A DNA stretch of 64,000 nt, from contig OZ316896.1 of assembly GCA_973895155.1 (NCBI GenBank), positions 1,116,001 through 1,180,000 on the forward strand, written 5' to 3'. Below the pieces are notes generated by a model. That model was not told where the DNA came from and did not search any database. It saw only the letters and a list, made by a program, of their open reading frames with translations. This document shows, in pieces, positions 33,643-45,600 of the stretch. Numbering within the stretch: position 1 is the stretch's first letter; every line of letters begins with the position of its first letter. A program made the position numbers and the translations under genes. This DNA is from Marsupella aquatica. Lineage: Eukaryota > Plantae > Marchantiophyta.

Positions 33643-33920
33643 CAGTGTTTTTTTTAAGGATTTCACTTTTTAGCCAAGGTGGCCAATGTAAAGTGTGTCA
33701 AAGGAGAAGATGCTCAAAAGATTCTGTATTCAATTATGTTCCTGACCGTCAGATCTCCCTAGATTTAAGGCGGACCGTTAGATTCTGGCTAATGGGGCCT
33801 GGGATTAGGTGGAACACCGGCTAATGAGACAGCAAAAAAGTAGTGAATTTTAGCCAAAAGTGGCTAAGGATTTTTGAGGAGGTGGAATCTAGCGAATTTT
33901 AGCCACTAAAAAAAACACTG
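33643..33920. mobile_element. hAT-type MITE, 278 bp
   Basis: Perfect TIR CAGTGTTTTTTTTA / TAAAAAAAACACTG; perfect 8-bp TSD GTCTCCAT at 33635-33642 and 33921-33928; subterminal TTTTAGCCA repeats. Confidence 0.9.
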
Positions 33921-35189
33921 GTCTCCATCCACTTTCAGCTTAAAGTGTCCCCAAAGTGCTTTTCCTTTGAAAAGTACCATAGCTCATTAAGAAAGTACGT
34001 CACCTCATTGCTCCAATCAGACGTCATCCAAATCACTCTCTCGGTGACCGACTTTATTCTACATCAACCATTGAATGTACAGTTTTTTGTAGATACATGC
34101 CAGTCTTGTTAGGAACCCTTTGTGAGGAAAGTTTCTGATAGAGATTAAATATGCAGTCTATCTGAGCATAACATGGCCAGTGGTGTCTGTTATGCCTGAA
34201 TGTCACCAAATTTTACCTCATCCAGAAACCTTAGCTGCATTTGGCAAAAAAATTGTCAGATTGTTGGAGTCCTATTAGTTAGCCTCCCACCATTCAAGCC
34301 ATAAGGACTATTTGGCGCAATCTGATGGCTCCCTTTAAGCTGGGGCAATTCAAAGGTGAAAATTAAATCTGGGAAACTTAAATAAAAGTATTTCTAAGAT
34401 CTTCTCTGTCACACTGGCAAATCACTGTGCCAATTTTTAAGAACCCTCAAAATTGTCCTATTTGTAAAAATCATGCTCCTATAGGCAGAGCCTGGGAATG
34501 ATGCATTTCCTTAGACCTAGACACCTTTTACACCTTCACTCATCTATTGACACTTCCCATTTCCCAAAAAAATCCAAAGCACAATTGGACCATCAATACC
34601 TCTCTTGATATGCAACCCAATTGGCTTTTCTTTAGTCGGTTTCCTAAAGGTTTGATAGAGTCATGAATGTCTAAAGATTGCTCCATCACCCAATTTTAGA
34701 AACTACCAGCCAAAATCTTTCAAGATAAGGGTCTTGTCTTCTTGCCGCATTTCACTCACGCGTGTAATATGCTAGCATAAAAACCAAAACTTATCCTGTT
34801 TGTATAGATTACTAGCCCCGACTGTCCCTTCTTTGAACGTGAATAGCTGGGAGTATAATCAAAGGGTCACCAAAATATATTCCTTATTCACTATTTTCGA
34901 AAGTTAATTAATGAAATGATAAAAAAATCATCATGTTATCATTTTAATAAACATACAATACTCTTTTCTATGCACATCACTCTTTCTATCCACATATGTT
35001 ATGGTGGCCATTTGTAAATAAAAATAAAAAACAATATAAAAAAATATGCATCATTATCATTTGACACATATTATGTAGTCATGAGTTCTCCCCTCCACAT
35101 GATAAGCCATGAAGTTACCCCTAGAGGCTTCACTCTAGAAGCCTAGGCCCCAACTCAAACTTGTAATTGAAGGTTTACCTCCCAAACTG

Positions 35190-36060
35190 CATCTTCTTCG
35201 GTGCAGTTTGGGAGGTAAAACCATTATTGTTCACGACGCTGTGCGAGATGTGACTGCTCAGGTTCTCTCTAGCTCTTTGGTATGCGTGCGGCGGGAGGTG
35301 GTACTCGAGTTACCTGGTCCTCCATCACAGCGGTTACGGGTGGATCTTACCATGGTCCGTGAGGGTCAACGTACTTTGGCAGATGTTGTGGTGGCAAACC
35401 CATTGCGCCAAGACATCATTGGGACAGCGGCAACTACGGCAGGGGCAGCAGCGTCACGTGCGGCAACAACGAAGGAGGCCAAATATGCTGCACGAGCTTC
35501 ATCCGACAGCTTCCTCCCCCTTGCTGTGGAGCTATTTGGGCGTCTTCATCCTCAGTTTGATGGGCTTCTTCGGCAAGCTGCCCGGGATGTTCATGGCCGA
35601 ATGGGTCCCACCGGACCCCCGCTTTCTATTTTGACCACGCACTTTCGCCAACGCATTTCAGTCACCTTACAGCGTGCTCAAGCTCGGGCCATCTATCGTC
35701 GATCTCTTACAGTGGGTGCTAGTGTGCCTCCGCAGCGGCTAGCTCCCCTTGAGGATGTTCCAATCCCACTTGCCGATCTAGTTTTGACTCTTGATGTGGA
35801 CCATTAGCTTTTTGCCACAATCGGTAGGAATGATGAGGACCTCGGTCCGCTTGGGTTAGTTTTAGTCTCTCTCTCTTTCTTGGTTTTTAGGGGTTCCCTA
35901 TTGTTCATTTCTTACTTTTAGTTCCTCTTTCTTGGTGTTTAGTGGTTCCCTTTTGCTCACTTCTTTTTCGATTGGTTTTGTCCACTTGGGCCCTCTTTTG
36001 TTTGTTCATTTGTACTCTGTTTGGTCCCTTTGTATATAAAAAGTGTGTATATTTCTTTAT
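35190..36060 (+). mobile_element. 5'-truncated non-LTR retrotransposon with restriction-like endonuclease (CRE/NeSL/R2-type) plus 3' UTR
   Basis: The open frame HLLRC...HDAVRD...RVDL...LADVVVANP...KEAKY...FLPLAVELFG...RQRISVTLQRAQARAI (stop at 35807) matches the end of a CCHC knuckle plus a PD-(D/E)XK REL domain. No introns; T-rich 3' UTR. Confidence 0.75.
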
Positions 36061-37370
36061 AAGTAAGATGCTCCAATAGGTCCACCCCCTTAAGCAAAAG
36101 TAAAGGTCCATGATAGTTGCAAAAATACAGTAGTTAGGTCCATGATAATAGTGGAAGCAAGGAATCATGCCCTCTGACTTACGTGAACGAAGTGAGTGAC
36201 CTCACCATGCTGACGATCCTCAGTGACGGCAGCAAATTGCGTAAGATCATGACGCGATGTAAAGCAGAATAGACAAGTAGTGGATATCCTCAGGAAACAA
36301 CAATTGTAGGAGGTTAAAAAAGGTGTTAAGGTCGAGAATGACGTTGAAATAATCTGCTAGTGTACTACAGTCCTGTTTAGATTAATCTGATGAATAAGCT
36401 TTCTGTCAGCCATTATTTTACGGACCCTCCATGCTGACAAAAATATTCTACTAGGGACGATCAGGTAGGCCCGGAAATGGATATAATTAAATTTGAGTAT
36501 TTAGAAAGTATGTTGTGCTTCTTTTTAAAAACTTTGAAAACGTTTTTATATCATGTAGTGCCACTTTTTGTGAAGAAAGAGTCACCGGCAATGCACGCCC
36601 TGCCAGTTTGCCACTGAGTTCTATATTGAATATTTTCTGTAAAATTTTCCTTTAAAGAGTCACAACCTTTGTGGATAGGGTGTTGTCCAGCAAAATTTGA
36701 GATATTTACGTGTGATGGGACCCATATGAAAATTGGATTTTGTCACACGGAACCCATATGAAAAGTGTTATTTGTTAGGACCTCTGAGATTTTGGGTATG
36801 TTAATTCAAGTATCAAGGTCAATTAATGGTCTGAATCACTCAGAGGTCCTATCAAGTAAGGCTTTTCATTCTGAGATCCCATTAATACCTCAGCAAAATC
36901 TGGAACAAAATTTATAAATCTTTCACTTAACTCAATGAAAAACCTTATATTTATTTGCATGTGATGGGGTGGAAGAAAATAAATCAGAACCGTGTGTTTT
37001 TTTCCTTGCACCTTTGTAATCTCCACCGTACATTTATGGTCTTTGGCAAAAGCTCACTATACAAAACGAGAGGGGCCACCGTAAAGTTTACCAACCCTAT
37101 TGAAGTGGGTCCCACTCAGGCTGCTTGTCTAATTGTGCTTTTGTGTCCCAAGAGGTGGTCTAAACTCAGACAGAGAGGATATCTGAATATTTAGCTGATA
37201 CACTTTTAGTTGTTGATCTTTTGACATTGATTTTAGTCTCTCCTTAGCCATTGATTTCTATCAGTTCTGGTGTTTTGGCATAGGTGTCCAATGGATTGTT
37301 ATGGGAAATGGAAGCACAAGTAGGTGGTGTTTCTTGTAAAGTGCCCCCTCCCCATTCACAAGCATAGCCT

Positions 37371-37537
37371 TTCTGTTACCAAATAAATTACAGCTTATGG
37401 CTTTAGCGGGGGCTTTAGTACACCCAGTAGGTCATGAACCATAGAGTACTTTGATTGCAAGTTTTCTGTTACCATTAAATTACAGCTGATGGCTTCAGTG
37501 CACCCAATAAGTCATGAACCATAGACTTTGATTGCAA
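37371..37537. repeat. Diverged tandem duplication (about 75-90 bp)
   Basis: TTCTGTTACCA.ATAAATTACAGCT.ATGGCTT...CACCCA.TA.GTCATGAACCATAGA...TTTGATTGCAA twice. Confidence 0.8.
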
Positions 37538-39253
37538 ATTATTGTATAGATTTGAAATGCAAAATTTCATTACCCGTGGCCTAGAAATTGAAGCCTGGAT
37601 GGGATCCCACATTTATCTAAATGTTTGGATTGACTTAAAATTTGCAACTGGGATGGATTGCAGCAAAACCCTGTTCTGGTCATACATTGCATATTACATT
37701 GATGGGTGAAATGTGGCAAACATCAGTTTTGGATATTTTGAGCTCTCAGTTCTTAGTGAAAATTGATGATATTAGGCTCATTGGGAAGATGGTTCCGCGT
37801 AGCTTCTAACTAACTGAAAAAATTATTCCATTAATATCAAGATAGATACGCAGTGTCAGAGTTAGGTACTCAAAAACTTTGGAAGCCCAAAATGTAGACT
37901 GAATGATGGACTAATGTTTAGAAATTCATAAATCTCAGTCTCAACTGTTCATGAAGATTGAAGATATTGAACTTGCTAGACAGATCTTTCTAAGACTCTT
38001 CCAACCAGCCCATGAAAAGCACATTCCATTGGATATTGAGGGATATATATATATTGAAGCCCAAACTTTCCTATTCAAAGCATTTTGGGCCTGAAAGGAA
38101 ACGGTGTCAATGAGCCAATCTTTAGTGGCAAAGCAAAATAGAAATAGAAATATGCCATGGTTTCTTATTATAGATGACCAGGATAATCATACGAATACAA
38201 AAACAGTGGTAGTATTATATAGTGACAAGTGATTCAAAGTTGCACTGAATTTATATCACACCTCCAAAATACAATGTGCTAAAGGTGGACAGAGAAAGAG
38301 GATCCCAAAGGCAGGGGAATAATATTTTGGGGTCTCAAATTTGATCCGCAGGCACTCTCATGGTAGTCCAAGTCGAATTCTTAGACGGATGCAGGACTCC
38401 CAGAGCCTAGCCCACACACTTATGTTGTGAGAGTTTTTAGTTTCCCCTTGGCCACTTCCTTCCACCGCATCCTGGCCGTTACAGAAACCAAAGTAAGTGA
38501 GCTTGGAAGTCTGGGCACTCAGTCAAAGGCCACATTAAGGAGGCCACATTAAGGGCAGTGGCCCTTTTGCAGGGAAGCGATAAATGGATGATATTCGAGA
38601 CCCCCTATTAATGGGAGAAAAGAAGTTAAAAAACTACATGACCAAACAGCCAAAATAATAATACAAAGGAAAAATGAATGAGGTGGTTGAGGAGTCAAGA
38701 ACTTGATAGTGTTGACGGTCCAACCTCTCTGAAGCCCACCATAATAATAATTCCACATTCATGAAAGTTGGAAGAGACGATGCGACTCGTCGTGCATCAC
38801 ATCATCCTGTGCTACGGGTGCTTCCACAAGGTCAACAGCCAGATCCCCCCCTTCGCAGAAAAAAATGGAGGGCTCTCGAGGCCCCACGGATTCTCTTTGT
38901 CAGCTGAAACACCCACGTTCGAGAATCACAAAGATTGCCAGTGGTCGTTTAGTCCTGGGATGAATTTGGACTCTAGATCTTGGAGGCTTCCGTAAAATCC
39001 TTTTGTTGGGGAGGATTCGTCTTCTCCTCCTTGTTGTTGAGCTGTGAATGCTGCAATGGAATGGACGTGATGGGTGGGACTGGTCTCTACATTCAGATCG
39101 TATGATTCCTTCATTTCGATCTGTGTGAGCTCTAGAATGCCAAATTTTCTCCGAGTTTAGAAATTGAGCCTATTCTCATAGTTGGGCTTGTCGAAGGGCT
39201 CCAATTTTGTTTCTGTTCTCGAGGAGGGGATTTTCTCTTGCTTAGCAGTCAAA

Positions 39254-41994
39254 ATGGCCACGGGGAAGAGACCGGTGACGATAGAGATCAAGAATCTCAA
39301 TTTCACTTATCCAGGAATCGATGGGCATCCACCTCCAGGTGCCAAGCCTTTGATCGAAGACTTCAACCTTACGTTGCGAGCTGGGGACCGGTGCCTCCTG
39401 GTCGGAGCTAACGGAGCAGGTTGGGTGATTCCCTGAACTTCTCATCCCTTAGATATCGTAGTTGCGCAGACTTGGTTTTGCTACAAATCTAATGTACTGG
39501 CTCACTTGGATTGAAAACGCTTCGTACCTTCTGCCTACTTCTCCTGCTCCTTGGAACTATTGTCCATGTGGATCGAGGTAAACATTGTGAGCAGGCTGAG
39601 AGAAAGGCTCCCCCCTTTGTCTTGGCAAGATGACATTGTGCTGAACTGGCGTGCATTTTGTTTATTTGCAGGGAAAACCACAATTTTGAAGATCCTAGGC
39701 GGAAAACATATGGTGGATCCAACTATGGTCCGCGTTCTAGGTAGATCAGCATTCCATGATACTGCCCTTACTTCCAGTGGCGATTTGACATATCTAGGTG
39801 GAGAGGTACATGAACGATCGATCTCCAAGATAGAGAGATGCACATTGCACAGCAAGGTTTTGGAAATTGATTTTGGAATCCCGAACATTCCCTGCAGTGA
39901 ACATAGACGACCATTGCATGGTGCTCATTGAGGCTACAACTGTAACAATGTGGAGATTCCGAGCTGTAGATAGTATTTTGAGGTTGTTAGTAAAATCCAC
40001 TGTCTACTCTAGTCACCAAACGAACAGGCCTGACCTAACTTCTCCTCAAGTTAAGTTTTCCCAAAATTAAGGAGCTCGCAGACATTCGAATTGGTCATCA
40101 ATTTACTATTCAAGTCTTAATGACACGCAGGCAAGTAAAATCTTTGTTCTAACATATATGCTTTCTTTTGCAGTGGAGACGGGAAGTAGCATTCGCAGGG
40201 TTTGATGTGCCGCTGCAAATGGATATATCTGCTGAGAAAATGCTTTTTGGAGTCCAAGGGGTTGATCCTTCAAGAAGGGCGCAGCTAATCAAGGTACGGA
40301 GCTACGGTTTGGAATTCTTTTCATCTGACACTCTGTCCTTGTCAAATATTTCGTGGCCAGATATCTCTTCAAGGCTACTAGAAGATAAGGAACCCTTCTA
40401 ATTTGCTTGATTTTGCATCCAAACTTGCTGCTATCACAGGTTTTGGACATTGATCTCAATTGGCGCATGCACACTGTATCAGATGGTCAGCGAAGGCGTG
40501 TCCAGATTGCCATGGGGCTTCTTCGACCCTACAAGGTTCAACCACAACTGCATGTGTGATTCAATCGATGCTTTGTGCTCACCGAGATCCTGTAGAAGTA
40601 CCACAATCATCCATTTTAATATAAATCAAATTTTAATTGATTGACTTTCAATTAACTGAAACCTAATGCAACGTTTTCTGGTTCAATAAATCCTAATTTA
40701 GATGTTTTGTGGAGGCCCAGTTTTTGTACGTTGTGCATACGATGTCTGCTCTTGTTACTGGGATAGAAAGAAACAGGTGCACCTTTTGGATCTGTTGTAT
40801 TGTGGAAATAGCTATTAAATTTGGAGAAAATCCTTGGAAGAGACATCTGGTTACTCAAAGTGAGCCGTCGTGATGGTGAACAAAGGACATGGGTTAATTT
40901 CAGGTTTCATGCAAAATAAAAGTAGTGAATCTAAGCAGAGTCAACAATCCTGATGATGAGATTCTCAATGGATATCCTTTCACCTAGAACAGTAGTTGCT
41001 AGTAGTGTGACTTCAAACTCACGACACAGAGCACATGGACAAAGTCTTCGGGATCTGACCTAGAACTGCTTCCCTTTGTAACATGGATGATTATGATGAT
41101 GTCCAACCAGGTGCTTCTGTTGGACGAGATCACGGTCGATCTTGACGTACTCGCTCGTGCTGATCTGATTTCCTTCTTAACATCCGAGTGTGAAGAGAAA
41201 GGAGCAACTATCATTTATGCAACCCACATTTTTGATGGCCTGGAGTCATGGCCCACTCACATGGTATGAATTTCGGTAATCTAGCATTTGTTGGTTAGAG
41301 CCATCACTTCAGAGGACAAGTTTGGGTTTTAGAGGTGATTTCGTTGGTGCAGTGTTCTGTTTCATCTCCCAACAAAATTACGGCATAGATGTGCTATAAT
41401 TCCTGTCTCGCGCAGGCATATGTGGCACGTGGACGACTCCAACTTGCAAAACCTCTAAATGAGATTAGTGAGCTGAAAGAACTTTCACTCATGGTACATT
41501 CCTCTTCCTCCCTATGTCAATCATATTTTTTAAGTCAGGGCAGGGTCTTCAACAGCTATTTTGTGTATGAAGCGTCTTACAATTCATTCACATCTTTCAC
41601 TGGCCAAATGAACGTTGTTTGAATTTGTAAAGGTTCTCACATTCAGCAGTGACATATTATTCTTCCTTGAATCGTTGTTTCACAAAATTGGCTTTCATTT
41701 TTTGACAGTGTTCAGTCCTAACTTCTATCAACGTTGTTGTGTCTTCTCTAGAGAACTATCGAGAAATGGTTACGTATAGAACTGCAAGAAGAACGGAGGA
41801 TTCGTAAAGTGAGAAGAGAGCAAGGCCTCCCTGAGCGTGATGACTATGTAGAGGGATCAAGGGTGGTTGGTGGAGATCCAGCCAGGGCTCAACTGTTGAA
41901 TAATGGTTGGGCAGCGGGCCGACTTCACTCAACTCTTGCTGGCGATGACAAGGAAGAGATATATGACTGGAGTTCTAACAGAGTGCTACGATAA
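39254..41994 (+). CDS. ABCI20: Soluble ABC ATPase of the ABCI19/20/21 (CAF16-like) family
   Basis: Exons approx. 39254-39419, 39672-39805, 40174-40293, 40440-40535, 41111-41263, 41416-41493, 41752-41994. Motifs: [13 protein letters not shown], Walker A GANGAGKTT, signature VSDGQRRRV, Walker B LLLDE, H-loop [12 protein letters not shown]. Confidence 0.9.
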
Positions 41995-42603
41995 TGCCTA
42001 TTTTCATGAGTGGAAGACACTGGAGCTGACATGCATTCAAATTTGACCTTAGTTACAGCGGTCATGACGCCCACATTGATGTTCGCAAGACGAATAGGAT
42101 CAAAGTGATGCTTGAGATAAAAAGTAGCTTATTGTAATCTCAATGGCTATCATCACAATGATTTCGATGCGCATTCTTTTCAATAAGTGAGAATCAAAGC
42201 TCACAGAAGATCTGTTCTTCTGAAATAAACAAAGGAAAGTGTAATGATCTCGATGCGCATTTAAATAATACGTGGGAATGAAGATTGACAGAAGATCTGG
42301 TCTATTGATCTGGTCTAATTAAGGAAACTGAATAAGAAATCCATCACAACCACTAGATGAACCCAAAAGATTGTACACACACCGCTGGATGGACGAAAAT
42401 GGAATTTAAGATGAAGGAGACGTGCAACCTATGGAACGCTTTCTGTAGAAGCATAATGTCATTTTCTACGTACACAAGACCTTGACGGTAAGTGCAAGTA
42501 CCATCCTCATGTTGCGCCCCGTCAAGATATTCTAAAATACAATTCGACTCAGCCAAATTAATATAGTGAATTTGTATTCCCCTGTTTCTAAAAGGAACAA
42601 CTA

Positions 42604-45600
42604 TCAAGCGCGAGGACCAAACTCCCGCACACAACGCAGCTTCTCCACGTGATTTTGAATGTTGCGCACTTGTGCATTTTCGAAATCTTCTATTTCTTTT
42701 ATTAGCAACCTGCATGCACGTTGAGCACAGGAGTCCTAATTCTGCTTAGGTTCAAACCTTCACGGATGGAAAATTAAAGCCGCAGCAATGCAGAATGCAT
42801 TCTAAGCCCCAAGGTCTGTTTCAGTTAGCGACTGAAAAGTCGAAATTGATAACGTGCGAATGGTAGGAAGCAGAAAACATACCTCAGCTTCTCATTTTCG
42901 TCTAGAACTGATTTCAATTCCTCTTCATTCTGCAAATCCACAAGAAAGTGGTATTCGCTAAGGATTGTAATCCCACAAGCTCGTTTAAATTGTACATCAA
43001 TTGCAGTCACCTTGACAGAACTCGAGGAAGGACGCTTATAAATATCAGGCCATGACAGCCCATACCTTCTTAAGAGAAGAGTGAAGAGATGTAATGTGCA
43101 GCTTGGCCTGCTCAGCGTTTTCTCTCATTCGAGAAATTTCACCTTTGTTGCGCTCTAAGACACTCTGGGCAACTCGAAGTTGTCCTGTCACAAGCTCTGC
43201 AGTGGCTTCAACTGTGTCTTTGGTTTCAACCAACCGGACACGCTCTGCTACAAGTGCATCATTGGCCGACGTCAGCTTCTCCCTCTCCCTCTCCAATGCA
43301 TCAATCTTAGCATTATCTCGCTCAACATGCTTGGCAAGACGGTCCACAGTCTCATGGAGAGCACGTGCCGAATCCTTGGAAGCGACTAGCTCTTCCGATA
43401 GCCTGCTCATAGAATCGCTTTTCTCTCGAGCATCCTTGCTAATAGTTGCCATCTGTTGTTCATGAGACTGCAAAACCTGCTGCTTTTCCAGAGTTTTCTT
43501 TTCAACCTCGGTCACTAGATTTTGAACTTCCCTTTTGCAGCAGTCAAGGTCATGAATTGCCTTCGAGTGAGCAGCTTTCATGGTCTCCAACGATCGAGAC
43601 AGATCCTCCGATTTCTGCTCTGAAATCGTCATCTTTTGTACAGCCTCAGATCTTTCTCTCTCCTTCTCACTAACTTCCAACTTCGACTTCTCTATCTCCC
43701 TGTTACACTGGTAAGTCTTCTGATTACCCTCGTCAACCTGGCAACCGAACCCACCACCCACCACCACCACCACCACCACTTACCCATTGGCATGAGATAC
43801 GAATGTGCTTCTCCAAAAGGGACATACCAACGGCAAAGGCTGTTTTTCACTAGGACATAGTTATTTTCATGCAATAGAATTTCGTGAACTTGCACCACTC
43901 ACCATCGAAACCACAAAGAAGAATCGACCTTCCCAACCAATTCTGTTTTTGAACAGGACAAGACATCTGAAGAGATAATATCCTGTTTCCGAATACGATG
44001 TGGACATTACAGTTCGAAAGTTTCAGAAGAGCAGCAATCCTTTACTGCCAGCTTTTTTTATCTAATGCGTGTCCACATGGCAGGACAGACGGTCAAAGGT
44101 TCTTCATATGTAATCCGCAGTATATACCTGATTTTGTAGGAGCTGGATGTTCTGCTGCAGAGCAGCATTGCCCGCTCGCAACGCTGAGTCCAAACGATCC
44201 TAGAAATTTAAAAGACAGCCAAAAGCTTAAGTATTATTGCTTGTTTGTTTCTTTTCTCAGAAAGAGTGGGCTTGGCTGTCCGGAAGGGTATCCAGTTGCA
44301 CGTACAAATGTGGCACACAATGAAAGAGACAAGTAATCAACAAACGACAGTACTCGTTGTTTTCTTTGACAACAAATTGTTGCTGTGACAAAAGGAAACG
44401 TGATCAACATGCCAAAAGAACCAACCTTGGTATCAATACAGGCCTTCAGGCTATTCACTTCAGCCTTCAATGAATCCATAACCTGCTGCAAACTTGAAAT
44501 TTCCATTTCATGCTTGTCCCTTTCCCAAGCAGTCTTCGAATGAGACCTATCGTGTGATGTCTCTGTTCTTTCTGGTTCAACTTCCTGTGGTTTTGGTGGC
44601 TCGGCGTTTCTCAAACCTTCCGTGGACCTCCTCCTCTCTGGACTACCGTCCACCACAGGGCCACGATCTAGATCAGGAACCGGCTCAGAAATGTCCTCAG
44701 TTGTGTTATCTGCAGGGGATCCAGAGCCGATTCAGCGAGCGGCCTACAGATGGTAATCAGCAGGAAGACATGTCCAGAAATAGACATAATACGCTCTTTG
44801 AAGTTAAAGTCCACTATAATGGAAATAATATATGAGTGCTCTTAGCTAAAAAGTAACTCTAATCATACGCGAGTGCCAGAATGTTTTTGAAAATGTGTTA
44901 GCCAGGCCAAAATGTTTCCAAGACAATCCACTATATATATATATATATAAAAATACAAACATGGCACCCATCAGCCATCAGCATGCTCATGGGAGGAACT
45001 TCACCATCTGAATCCAGAATGTGAACTTGACCAAATTGACCAGCATTGGCAGAAGGTAAGGACTGCCGTTGATGCTGTTTTGTACTACGCCAGCCTCCAG
45101 TGTCATCCATCTCCGTGTGTGGTCTTCGCTCCAAACCCTTCTGTGCAGTTTTGGAGGTGCCCTTGGCGGTGGAGCCATCAATATCTAAAGCACAGTCCCC
45201 GAGGATAGACATAATTTATGAGTTGCATGGAACTCATGGCGAATGTCTAACGTGCTAAGCTCCAGATAACTATAGATTTCAACCAATTAATAATTAAAAT
45301 CCGATCACGCAGAGGACAAGGAATCACCTGCCACCTGAAGGACAAAGAGGTCATTGTATGTAACGCCTAACCTTGCAAACCACGGACACAATATCAATTA
45401 TCCGCCTCAGAACCTCAAAATGGGTCTACTATGAACCTGTTGTAGAGGATGCAACAGGGGTTGCAGTAGCTGAGCAAGATATAAACATATGTTTCTTGGT
45501 CTGGCTTCGAGAGTACAATGAAGCCTAATAAAACTCTCCTTCACAATCTGGAATATTGCATCCAACATAATAAAGTACTTCTAATGTTTTTGATCAGTGC

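Noticed and set aside
28527-41994. PIN and ABCI20 (with SIP and CCC1) as a functional transport or hormone gene cluster
   Set aside because: Unrelated families in mixed orientation, separated by TE-rich spacers, with no shared regulatory signal visible. Adjacency alone is not evidence.
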